Position numbers and translations under genes: made by a program
DNA from: Lepidodermella squamata
Lineage: Eukaryota > Animalia > Gastrotricha
Assembly: GCA_047495785.1 (NCBI GenBank)
Contig: JBLDXI010000064.1
Span: 248,001-312,000 of the forward strand
Length of the DNA stretch: 64,000 nt
Reading direction: 5' to 3'
Shown: one piece after another, positions 50,501-62,815 of the stretch
How positions within the stretch are numbered: position 1 is the stretch's first letter
How the letters are laid out: each line of letters opens with the position of its first letter
Notes under the pieces: model-generated
Database searches by the model: none
The model's input: the letters and a program-made list of their open reading frames with translations, nothing else
What the model was told of the DNA's origin: nothing

Positions 50501-53500
50501 AGGCACGAAATGGAAGCATTTCCTCGAATCTTAAAATCTTGGTCGCATGATATGCTTCGAACAGCCCCGACGCTCGATAGACCAGGCGCTATGGCGCCGT
50601 TTTTTATCGTCTGAACAGCAACGCAGCCTTTAGGGCACGCATTACAGATGGCGAGGGGAATAAAGCATTGACTTACCTGTACGGTTACACCTTCCAGTTA
50701 TCCCTGGACGGAATGGAGGAAAGCAAGAGGCGATTGATACAGATGCGGAGTACGTGAAACCAGGGTCGCATTTAACGCTCACCACCCCACCTCTCTCTAT
50801 CACCGTTCCAGGCCTTACAACTGAGCCAGTATCTTCCGAAGTTTCTGGGTCCACACGGGTTACAATTCCCGCTGTTATGTTTGGTATGACACAGGACTGC
50901 TGCTGAGTACTCAACTGGCTTCGAACTTCTATGTTCTCCGAAATCCAATCGAGAACCTTACAGACTCTGCTGTAGATGCCGGGGGTTTGCCCATTACATG
51001 TCTCATTGGCTTTAGAAATGATGCCAAGCAGGTATGTTTTTCTCGACATCAGGCACATAAGAGGGCCCCCAGAATCTCCAAAGCAAGCATTGCTGCCGTC
51101 AGCGGCTAAACACATTTTCGAATCGGTCATATTGACTGGATTCGAGCGGCCTCGGGAATACTCCATTGAACAATTTCGGTACGATCGAACTTGAAGATTG
51201 AGCTTCCTCGGGATCTCTGATATTCTGGCTGCAAAACATTAATGCTCTGTAACGATGTGCAACATAGCTAGCCCGTAAGCACCAGATAGAGAAAACTATG
51301 TTTTAGTTGCTGATTAGCCGATTTTCAAATTTTCTCTCTCGGATGAAAATCACCTGTAAACCTTGTTTGTTCTTTCTAGTTAAAGCGCTGATCTCTCCAT
51401 TCCATTTTTCATTTTTCATTTTCATATTCCAAGCCATCTTCATTGCGTCTTTATCATCTGCTCACGGAATATCTGTTTTTCATTGTGAAATTCCATTTTT
51501 CTAATCTCAAATTAATTATCACCCCTCTGAAATTATTTATGCCTTGGTCCTAAAATCAGTCGGCCACTGTGTTGACCATTGTTCGGATTAAAATCAGACC
51601 GGCGGATTTTATGAGCGAGCCGCCGGTCTGATTTGTCTTAACTCGAACGAAGGTCAACTCAGTAGCCGTCAGATGGCAGAGCAAAAATTAAGACAACCCA
51701 AAAAGAGACAGGACAAAAAAATAGGTTAAGGAGAAAATGGCGAAAATAGAGCATGCTCCAACAAATTCCTGGCTTAGGTAAAGGTAAAAGGCCACGTTGA
51801 AAATAGCAAAAAATTAACTAAAATGGCTTGGCTAATGGAAAAGAGCTCAATATTGAATCGAGACAATAATTCGTTCTAATTTGATTTGAGCAATTCACCC
51901 CGTTTTCTACGCAGAGATTCAGAATAATTCCAGAATTCAAGAGATTAGAACAGGTTTGAGGGAAAGACACCGTTCTCATTCATTTTAGATTAATTTGTTC
52001 AACGTGATCAAAATTTTTGGATTTGCCAATTGCCAATTTTCGATCAGCTGGTGCTTTAATTTGAAATCAAACGGCAATGAACGGGCAATGCCGTGAATAT
52101 CGAATTGCAGGCCGGAAAGAGTAATAGGGTTAGATCCCTCTATAAATTTTAGGAGCAGTTTGATGGCAACTGAAATTTATCGCCTAAAACTGTATTTAAA
52201 CAAAAAACGGAATTGTTTTTACACTAGATAATATAGAGCTAGGTCTGACAATCTACATCACCTGAAAGCTAAATAATTACTGAAAATACCTGAAATTGAG
52301 CCGTTCTTGCCACCTTCGGTTAAAAAGAATCTATTCAAACCTCCAAAACTCAGCTTAAAACATGCTAGTAGCTTTCGAATCAAAATTCTGAAAAATGAAG
52401 CCCGACTAATGTTTACGAAGTCCATGTGTCTTAGTCCAAAGGAAAAAAAAATCAGTCTCTTTTCCGTCGTGACGCGGATTACTACTAGGACAAGTCGCAG
52501 ATGGGTGATAATAAGTATATTGCCTTATTTGTAATTTTAGGCAATATACTAAGGCAATATATTATAAATAAGAAGAATTTCACAATGAAAAAGTGAATTT
52601 TCCGCTAGCAGATGAAAAAGACCCATTGTTGGCTGCATCAAATTTCGAACTAAGTTGATTACCGACTCGAAGTTTAAGAACAAGGCGTTCTCGAATGGGA
52701 TCAGAGAATTCCCTACACCCCCATACAACGACCTACTTCAGAGATAATATAGCAAATAAAAAATTGTCATGCCCAAACAATTTCGGAAAATCAAAATAAA
52801 ACATTTACGGGACACATTTTTATCTACGGGAAGCGAAAATTCTCAGCACGGATAAACCTATTTTTCAAATTTTCAAAAAATTACCAACCACGGCAGATGA
52901 ATGGCGATTTTGCGAAAAACCAAAATTATAGCCCTTTTTGGCGGCTTTTAGACTATTGTCCGTATTTTTGGAATTAATTAAAATCATAATTCGCGGATGG
53001 GGGTTAGGTTGCCTAGAAAGTAATCGCGTGCCGCACTCTTTGCAAATTAAGCTCGAATATATTCACTATGGGAAGATTGTTAGTTCCCTATCTCCTATCT
53101 GTTACAGTATTTTCTATGGCTATTAGTTATTACCCAATTCCTGTATACGAGAATGACCTACTGCGAGAAAAATGACCCCAGCCAACTGCGACCGCAGAGT
53201 CGCATCCGTCAATTGAATCCGCAGTGAACGAGTTGGACCGACACATTGAAGTCGCTTCAGGTAAGCAAATCGGCCGTATCTGCTGTGTGAATCTTGAAAC
53301 TGGGCTCGTCAACCGTAAGAGAGCGAAATCAAAGTCGTAGAAATTCTGACTTCCGTTGTAAAGCGGGTGAACTAAAGGCGGCAGAGTCACAAGAGATTCG
53401 AAAGATGGTGTTTCCGACCGAATACTGATATTATGTCGACCTAGAGACGCTTTTATCCTGTTCAAACATAGAATAGAATATAAGTTAGAAGGGGATTAAT

Positions 53501-53850
53501 AATTTAGAAAACCCACAAAACGGGCGTATTTCTGTTTTTCCAAACGCAATGAGCAGCTGTTATCAGCCATTGCCGCGAAATAAGAGACGCTCCGCAATAC
53601 GACGCCGATGTTTCGTAATAAATCTCCAGTGAGACCTTAGAAAAGCATCATTTTTCAGTTCAATTGTATATATGGAAATCATTGCATTTAGGCAAACCAG
53701 CCATGGGTATTCATTTGGTTCTGTCGGGTGACTGCCTGGATCGCTTGATTTCGGCATTGTAGTAGCGATTACAGTACCGCATCCGAGATCTTGAGCGATG
53801 ACAACGCTGGAAATCAGCTCAAGGAAGGCCATAGCTTTAGGAAGATGCAT
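47537..53850 (-). CDS. Secreted serine protease-CCP-CCP-ankyrin repeat fusion, long form (about 1386 aa, 25 internal ankyrin repeats plus caps)
   Basis: Exons 53698-53850, 53517-53635, 53162-53457, 50677-51228, 50446-50627, 47537-50395 total 4161 nt in frame, all GT-AG. Triad TAAHC/DFALL/GDSGGP. 50-nt phase-0 intron joins ..CVSAKQRP to IPEVYEQLW. Confidence 0.9.
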
Positions 53851-53929
53851 TTTGAGTGACGCTAAGTTACACCATACAACAAAACTTGTTGGATGTATCC
53901 TCTTTCGTGATGAAAAACATCTGAAGCTT

Positions 53930-54020
53930 GCGTTCGTATATTTTATTCTATTAATTTTCTCTCGTGTTTTTCTGCTTCATCATTAATATTAATAAGATGC
54001 AGATAAAAGCCTGTTAACGT
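53930..54020 (-). promoter_or_regulatory. Conserved upstream block shared in inverted orientation with 55667-55757 (putative promoter/5'UTR, contains a GATA-like agataa)
   Basis: gttaaca.gcttttatctg.atctt.ttaatattaat..aaaacacga.agaaaa.ttaatagaataaaata precedes both protease-ankyrin ATGs. Confidence 0.55.
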
Positions 54021-54146
54021 TTTTTACTATGAAGGATTATTGTGCTATAGAATAACCTCCGGTTAGATATAGTACTAAGAAATAACAGTTGGCTAGTGGC
54101 CAACATGAAGCCAGTTATCGCCAAGAAAGCGGCTTATGTGCGAGTG

Positions 54147-54335
54147 CAGGGTGCGATCTTCGATCCGCGAGCTCCCGGGGAAGGAAACAATTTTTTTGCT
54201 GTTTTTGCCAAAATGACGAGTCATTTCGGCTAATAACCGAGCAAAGCGAGAAAATTTTGGAGATTTTCCACCAAAACACGCCCCAGAGCCTTCCAAAATT
54301 AACAAAACAGTGGGATAAATTCTCATTTTGTTGTC
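54147..54335 (+). mobile_element. Partial hAT-like MITE (family of 36915-37162)
   Basis: Starts cagggtgcgatcttcgatccc; closely similar to the reverse complement of about 36975-37162. Confidence 0.8.
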
Positions 54336-55796
54336 TTTTGAGGATTTTCCACTAGAAAAGGCTCCGAAACCTCCTAAAAATGAGGTTACAGCAGTCTTTT
54401 CCAGGCGTTACTTCGATTTTGGTTGTAACATTTGGTCCGATTGGTTGTTACATTGTAACATGTGTAACATGCTAAAAAAACACTGGTAAAGGTGATAATT
54501 ATCAGCAAATATTGGAAGCAAAATTACCCCCCATAACAGTAAGCTGATTAGGGTTCATTTCAGTATAACCCCTGATCAGGGTGCATATTACCCCTTGATC
54601 AGCTATACTAATGACTAGGAGCTATGACCCCTGATCAGCCCCCTTATCAGGGGTTAATTTTTTCTAGTGTAGTTCAAAGACGTTTTAGTAAATTAAATGA
54701 CCGGAAACAAGTGGAAAATTGGGGTCTGGCAAATGTTTCGTATTTTCCAAAAAATCAAAAAAGCGCATAAAAATAGCATTTATTGCGCGAGGGATAGATA
54801 TAATGCAGCGTTTCCCAAACCGTGTCCTAATATAGGACACTCGTGTACTTTGCCAACTTTCAAGTGTCCTGTAGGACACTGGTGTCCTACGGGCCTCAAA
54901 ACGACAAAAGGGCAACAATAGATTCACAGTAAGAAACAATGCATTTTGGACCATATTCAGACTATGAATCGGGAAAAAACCGGCAGCTAAAGCTCGCTTC
55001 GCTCGCGCTTTGCCTATTTATGAACTGTCTTATGGCGGATACCTCCGTTCGGACGGGCACAGGTGCTTTCATCGTGGCATGGCCGTAAGCGTATTATGGC
55101 CGAATCTCTGATCAAGAGACGATATTAAACGTTAGGATTAATTTTTGAAACTGGCTTTGTTATTCAAGTACGTCACAGATTGTACTTGTCGACATGACTA
55201 ATCGAAATTTCCTAATTGAGAGCAAAAGCTCCAGACTGAATTTCTGTACAAATTTGTAAGACTTTTTACGGTGTTATGCGTCATTTTCCAGTGTCGATTT
55301 CTTAAAATTTCCTCGCTTCGCTCGTGGTTAGTTTAAATTTCACCTGGGATTTTCTCAATTTCGAGCTAGGTTGCCTTCAAAATTCTCTTCAATTTTTGCC
55401 AAACCCCACTTTTCACTTATTTCCGGTCAAATTATTATTACGCCACATTAGTTTATATTAATTAGGTAGAATGGTAAAATGGCGGAAATGAGTCATGCCT
55501 ATGTTATGCCTGCCGCAATACCATGAAGCTGCTTTAACTTCAAAAATGTCAACGGCTCACCCAACTACTGTAGTAAGGCCTGTTTCGCAATATACAGTAC
55601 CTATCAATTGTCATTGTTAACACTTATTTATAATCAAAACATCTACCCTGAGTATTGACGATAGCATGTTAACACGCTTTTATCTGTATCTTCTTAATAT
55701 TAATATTAAATTAGCAAAACACGATAGAAAAATTAATAGAATAAAATACTCGAAAGCTATTCTCACATAACGTTTTGCTGCATGCTGTAATTTGGC

Positions 55797-58700
55797 ATGC
55801 CCATTCTCAAAGCTATCACCTTGCTTGAGCTGATTTCTTGCGTTGCCATTGCTCAAGAATGCGGTACTGTAATCTCTACCTCAACGGCGAAATCCACAGG
55901 CCCGGGCAGTCATCCAGCAGAGGCACATGAATATCCATGGCTGGTTTGTAATTTTGAATCTGTTATTTTTTTTTATATAACCGAAAAAGATGTTTCTTGA
56001 AGGTCTTCCTTGAAATTTATCACAGCCGCGACACATCGGCCGCATATTGCGGCGCTTCTCTCATTTCGAGGCAATGGCTGATTACAGCTGCTCATTGCGT
56101 CTGGAATGCTGGAGAGACTCCAATTTTGTAAGATTTTTTGTTTTATTCTCTTATCAGATATGGCGAAACTTTTTTATTTACAGAATAAAAGCTATGATTG
56201 GGCGTCATAACATCAGTGTTCAATCAGAAAATGCCTCTCGCGAGTCTCTCGTGGTTCTGCCGCCTTTGCTTCATCCGCGATACAGTGGGAGTCGGAATTT
56301 CTACGACTTTGATTTCGCTCTCTTACGGTTAAGGAGCCCAGTTCCAAGATTCACACAGCAGATACGACCGATTTGTTTACCTGACGCGACTCTAATGTGT
56401 CGGTCCAACTCGTTCACTGCGGATTCAATTGACGGATGTGATTCGGCGGTCGCAGTTGGCTGGGGTCATTTTGCTCACAGTAGGTCATTATCTTAAACAG
56501 GAAATAATAGCTCGGTAATCGCTTGGATTTTTTTACTGTTCACGTAATTTGAATGTATTTTGTCTCTTCTATATGAAGATATGATCCTACGGATCTACGT
56601 CATTTCAGAAAATTAAAATCATTTTTATTTTAGCGATATTTCAGTACTCAACGCGTCATTTCAGAATCGTAAAACTCAGAAAAATGAATTTTGTAAATAT
56701 TTTGAATAACTCCGAAACTCAGAAAACTCAGAATTTATTTGAATTTTACTTCGAAAACTCCAAAATCTCCGAATATTATTTTACAAAATTATTCTAATAG
56801 CCTAGGACAACTTTTATAGGTCCAATCCGCCACTAGATCGGGATGACCTCAGACCCGTTCCATTTTGTGTTCGCGTGCCGAATAAAGTTATCCGGTCGTC
56901 GCCCGGGCCACTGCCATGTCGCACGTCATCCCCGTCCTGGTCAAGAGGCGGAAGATCATCATAGTCGTAGCGAGGGAAAATTGTCGAATTAAGAGGGACA
57001 TTTTGGTGATTTTCAACTGTGAGAATGAGAGAATTAGCAACTTCCATACATTTGCATCTGTTTATGGCACACCAGACATTTGTGTGAGCCTTCCAAACCC
57101 TCAAAAAATTCGGTGTTGACAAACTGAGGCAAGAATTTGACAAACTAGGCACGTGCCTCGTGTGCCCATGCGTTGAAACGGCCCTCGAAACCCCCCGATG
57201 CATCTCGAAGTAAATGATCGCAGCCCTCGTCGCAACTTTACTCGCCCGATTCTCCTTGGCCGACTACGACCGAAATTCTGGCTTCCGAAATCGGCCAGCG
57301 GCCCATCAGATTCAGAAGTGGAGACAGAGTTACGAGAAGGTGATGAAGCCCCATCAGATGACGCCTCGTGTTCTGAAATGACGCTCAGAATGATCATTAA
57401 TTAATTTTCCGAAGTGTCGTGTGCTGAATTTTCGCGAAATTTCAGATCAAAATTTCTGAAATGTCGTTACACGGATCCTAGCTCTCAAACCGGGGAAGGA
57501 ACGGCGAAGAATGACAATTCAGCTACGTAGCCTAGTGGGTAATTCTCAACTCCGGTCTGTCTAATTCTTATAGTTTCAAGTAACTCAGTGCCTCAATTTA
57601 AATGACATTAGGTTTCTAGAGGCGCGATGCATATGCTCCCATGTTTTATAGCCCTTTTAATTAGCTTCATCGTTGTTTCCCTTCAGCTAGGCTCTCTGAG
57701 ATCCCGAGGAAGCTAGACCTTCAAGCTCGATCGTACCGAAACTGCTCAATGGAGTATTCCCAAGGCCGATTGGATCCGGTCAACATCACCGACTCGAAGA
57801 TGTGTTTCGCTGCCGATAAAAGCGACGTTTGCTTTGGAGATTCCGGTGGCCCTCTCATGTGTATGAAATCAAGGCAGACTTACCTGCTAGGCATTATTTC
57901 GAATGGAGATGATTCATGCAAAGGATACACTCCTGGCATCTACAGCAGAGTCTGCATGGTTCTCGATTGGATTTCGGAAAACACTGATGTTCGAAGCCAG
58001 ACGAGCACTCCCGATCAGTCTTGTACCGTACCGAATATCACCGCGGGATTTGTAACTCGAGTGGACCCAGAAACTTCGGAAGATTCTAATGAAGTTCTAA
58101 GACCTGGAACAATCGTGGAAAGTGGTGAAACTGTCGGCATCAAATGCAACCCTGGTTTCTCGTACTCCGAGTCCATCTCGACTGCATCGTGCTTGCCTCC
58201 ATTCCTTCCGGGGATTAATGGAAGGTGTAACCGTACAAGTAAGCAAATGCAGCGTTTTCTTTAATATATGACGCCATTTTTGCCTCCAAGGCTGTGGTGC
58301 CGTTCGGACCGTTCAAAACGGCTACGTAGCGCCTGGTCTATCGGGAGTTGGAGCCACCAGGAACATATCATGCAAACAACATTTTGTGATTCGCGGAAGT
58401 GCTTCCATACTGTGCCTCTCGAACTTCACGTGGTCGCAGCCTGGTTCCTGCGTGCCGGCAAAGCGAAGACCTGTCAGTTTTCTACAAAGATTCACTTCAT
58501 TTTTTCAAACAGTTTCGTCTTACCCAATTCTTGTTTGGCACAGAAACAAAAAACAAAATGTCATTTATTACTTTTATTTACCTAAATTCACTTTTGTGGA
58601 ACAAAATTTGGCTCCGTTCCCTACCGTTCCCTACCAGTGCCGGATTTTCCATTAGGCAAACAAGGCAATTGCCTTAGGGCCCCGCGATTTTCGGGCCCTT

Positions 58701-61078
58701 CAAATCCAAAGGGGGACCCTTATGCCCCAAGGGCCCCCATATTTTTTTACTCTAGTTTGAAAATTCCACCTTTTGATTTGTGAAAACGGCTTCAACGGTC
58801 AATTTTTCGGCCTTTGGACGGAGCTTTTGGATAACAATTTTGAAAAAATGTGCTCGCTTCGCTCGCACTCGTCTACTTTTTCCAGTCCGGTCTAAACTCT
58901 CCGAACAAACCTTACAAATCTGTAAGGCTGTATGCTCTAAAAATCTGGCACTATTGTGTGCAGGAAGCATTCGCATTATAAAACGAATCAATCAAACCCT
59001 GAACTTAACGTAATGTTGCTATTGGTATAAGAGTTCTAAATCACTATATTTTTCCTGCATGTTATCAATGTGAAAACTAAAAATTTTAAGTTATCAGCAA
59101 AAATTCAAGATAAAAGGTCTTTTCAAGTAAAAGGTTGGGGAAACTAGTATTTTGTCCATTTTAAAGTGAGTTTGGCGGGCTTTTTTCATTGAAAAAATCC
59201 CGAAATTTGCTCGCTTCGCTCGAATTAATTGGTTCAAATTACATGTAATCTCCACAAAAGCCGCGGCAAAGTTTTCAGCTAAAAAAGTGGTCCAATTGGG
59301 TCTAGCTCTCAGGTGGTATATTCAGTCATTCAACTGTACCTAACAACTGTTTGAATTTAAAATCAAAACAGTGCTCCGGGTACGGGGGGTAAGGGGGGAA
59401 AACGACCCCCCCCCCCCTTGGCGTTCGAAAGTTTCTGAAAAACGTAAGGGTCCTCCCTGTTGATTTGCAAATTTTGGGCTCAAAATAGCTCCATTTACCC
59501 CCCTCAGAGCTGGACCTAGTCGGATCACTGAATCAAAATCTAAATTTAATCGGAAAACCAGGTAATATGTACATAATCTTATGGTGTCAGTGCCGGATAT
59601 TCCCAGCTTGAAATTCCTCGGGGCCCTAGGAAATTGGATATTTGTTAATTATATTTTGCCGTGGCTTTGGTTGAGATTAGCACATGTAATTTGAACCAAT
59701 TAATAAAAAGTATTTAATACCAATCAATAAGGGAAGCGAGCAAATTTTGGGCTTTTTCAATAAAAATAGCCCCAAACCCTCTTAAAAATATCCAAAGTGC
59801 TCATTTGCTTTGTCTTTTTCTTGAATTTCGGCTGTCTACTTCCAAATTTCGGTTTTCACATTGGTAAAATGCAGGAAAATAACATGATTTAACTCTTCAA
59901 ATTGTTTCAAAATTGTGGTCCAAACGCATTAGAGTCCAATAACTATGTCCTCCTTACGGCACTGTAATCAGTTGTCAATTGTGCTATGCCTTCATCTTTA
60001 GGTTCGTGAAGTGTACGAGCAATTGTGGAATGTATCATCATTGACGGGCGATGTGGCGCAGGTGCGGCGACTCGTCGCGGAGATCGACGAATCCACTGGC
60101 GGCAAGTTCGACCCGAACTGGCGCAACCCTAACGTTTCTTACTGCGATACTTGGACTACACAGAATGGCACCCTGCTTCATAGCGTTTGGCTGTGTTCAA
60201 ATCGAAAATCGGACCAACGACTGGAAATTGTTCGGCTGTTGCTTGACCGCGGGGCTGATGTGAATGCCAAGGAGGGTGCCGCTGGCAAGACGGTGTTGAT
60301 GGCAGCGGCAATTATTGGGGATTCAGATTCAGCTCGCCTGCTGCTGGATCGCAGAGCTGACATTGAGGCTACAGATGACACTGGCTACACGGCGTTGATT
60401 CATGCGGCAAAGGAAGTGCAAGTGGAAGCAGTACGGCTATTACTCGATCGCAACGCTTCAATCGATGCCGGTGATATCGAAGGCTTCACGGCATTGATGG
60501 CAGCGGCTAATAATGACAAATTCGAAGTGGTACGGCTGTTACTGGATCGCAATGCAGCCATCAATGCCACGGATGTAAATGGCTTGACAGCGTTGATGAA
60601 TGTGGCTAAGAACCGGCAAGTCGAAACTGTTCGACTATTACTAAGTTTCAGGCCTGACATTGAGGCGAAGGATGCAGATGGCGCGACGGCGCTTTTACAT
60701 GCCTCTAGTAGAGGGAATGTCGAAATTATGCGCGTTTTGCTTGATCGGAACGCTTCTATCGAAGCTCGGAATAACAAAGGCGAGACAGGGTTAATGAGCG
60801 CGTCTGTGGTTGGAAATGTTGCCGCTGTAAAACTGTTGCTGGATCGCAACGCTTCCATTGAGGCCAAGGATAACAATGGCGAAACAGCGCTGAGCTATGC
60901 GGTTTTGTTCGACCGCGTCGAAGCCATTCGACTGTTACTAGATAGAGGAGCTAATATGAATGTCATAAATATCTATGGCTTGTCGGTTCTAGATACTGCA
61001 GTTTGTGATGAAAGAATAGCTTCGGCCAATCTGCTGAGGTCGCGAGGAGCAATTCGAACAAAGTCGCCATGTCGTTAG
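55797..61078 (+). CDS. Secreted serine protease-CCP-CCP-ankyrin repeat fusion, short form (about 792 aa, 7 internal repeats plus caps)
   Basis: Exons 55797-55943, 56003-56127, 56184-56479, 57687-58238, 58291-58472, 60002-61078 total 2379 nt in frame. Same intron phases and exon 3-5 lengths as the minus copy; ..CVPAKRRP joins VREVYEQLW. Confidence 0.88.
59369..59530. mobile_element. hAT-like MITE in intron 5
   Basis: TIR cagtgctccg / cggatcactg; 8-bp TSD aatcaaaa. Confidence 0.85.
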
Positions 61079-61081
61079 CCT

Positions 61082-61249
61082 CATTGAATAATTCGGATTT
61101 AGGCTTGTTTACGTCAGTTTCAAGGTGACACGTGATAATTAAAAAGCGGTGATTTTTACGAGAGTGTAAGAGGCAAAACGATGACTTTTTACTTGTCAAC
61201 TGTCACCTTGAACCTGATGTAAACAAGCCTAAATCCGAGTTATTTAATG
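61082..61249. repeat. About 48-bp-arm hairpin/MITE immediately after the stop codon of the short protease-ankyrin gene
   Basis: cattgaataattcggatttaggcttgtttacgtcagtttcaaggtgaca vs tgtcaccttgaacctgatgtaaacaagcctaaatccgagttatttaatg. Confidence 0.8.
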
Positions 61250-62088
61250 TATATAAAATTTCCTACTTCCCCTACCTACGTTCCATTTCCGATCTGGTGA
61301 TTACATCCAGGAATCATCATTCTGCCCCTGCCATTGAAAATCGAAAATTCAATATTGAAGTGGAAGTAATTGTTAATAAAACTATTTCGAATTCAACAAG
61401 AAGTCTATTTTTATTACATTTTATATTTCTTTGTACGGCGGGGATACCTTGACCCCCAAACCTATCAGGTACGCGTCCCTGGTACTACCCTCGTTGTCCC
61501 TGGCGTCCCTGGCGCTATTTTCCTCGCTGTTTGGCTGCCTATTAGAGTCGCAGTTGGTGTTTATGTTCCTGAACCTGGGTAAGACAGTTCGAATGGGAAT
61601 TTCGCTGTTGGTTGAATTGGTCTCACTGCGATAACAAAATAGCTGTACAAATTAATAATCCATTAATAATCAAAAATGCTTTGAACAGCATGGGGAATTC
61701 GTCTTGGAATCTTTCAAATTTAAAGTTCCTGTGATTGTGAGCTTTTTTACTATTAGCTTAAAAATCATTGTTTAATTATTCATTCCCGTTGATCAAAACA
61801 GCTACGCCAGATTCTCGCATTCTCGCATCCGAAACCGCTGATATGCCGTTCGAGCTTAACAGGCCACGTTGACGGTGAAATTGACGGTGATCACGCCTTG
61901 CTTACGAATCCCTCGTATCCTGGAACCAGGCTTCAGCTATGATTCCGGGTTACTCGCTTAGATTTTTTCTCGCATAGTTATTTCATAATTTGCCAATTTC
62001 CTATTAATCTGTAAACTGTCCTGCACTTACATGTTTCACTTTCAAATTACCTCTTGTCAAGCTGCCCTCTTCTGGGCGTTAAAGCTTA

Positions 62089-62090
62089 TA

Positions 62091-62154
<64 letters not shown>

Positions 62155-62157
62155 AAA
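62089..62157. repeat. (TAAA)n microsatellite
   Basis: About 15 tandem ataa units. Confidence 0.95.
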
Positions 62158-62419
62158 TTATACGTAGTACGAAGCTAAAGAAATATGTGAAGCAGAACAC
62201 GGCCAGCTCGACATGTATCGAATCTCGCGGGATCTCAAACTGATCGTGCTGAACATTTGGCTTAGGCTGGTCAGGAGAAACGGCACTTTTTGGCGGCGGA
62301 TAGCTGGCGGCATTTTCAAGGAGATACCAGGCGTTATGTGCATTTATTGGACTTGGAGGAGGAAATATGTTGAAACCGAACATGTAAACGCCTAGCCGTT
62401 GGCAAGGACGTTTTATGTG

Positions 62420-62593
62420 AGGTTACGGCTGATTGAACGAAGATCAGATTTCCACCAAGGTGGATCGAAAGGTTGTAGCAAGCCTTAACTGGGCCGCAGG
62501 CAAGCCATTCCGGGGTAGATGTTGTAGTGATAGCCTCCAGCAGCTGCCGTTATCTGTGTTATAGCGCTTCCGTTAGAAGCAAAATAATTTCAT
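62420..62593 (-). pseudogene. Decayed 5' end of a paralog of the 44866 discoidin/LamG gene
   Basis: LLLTEAL* .. AAGGYHYNIYPGMA .. YNLSIHLGGNL..VQSAV with stops and frameshifts. Confidence 0.85.
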
Positions 62594-62815
62594 AGATTTT
62601 ATATCGTTTATTAAATATAATCACTGCAGAAACTAGGATGGCGCCCGTCTCCATTTTGTTGCTGGGAAGGCTAACAAAGAGGAAAAACGTTTTTTCAAGC
62701 CTAGTTTATTCTACTGGTGTTTCCTTGCAGCAGCTCTCAAGTATGGTTAACATGCGAAGTACATTTTTAACAGTCATTTCAAAAGCTCAAAACGGCAGCC
62801 TCAATGTCGTATCAC

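Noticed and set aside
56814-57404. ORFs within intron 3 of the short protease-ankyrin gene
   Set aside because: Inside a probable insertion with weak inverted ends, absent from the paralogs, no domain recognised.
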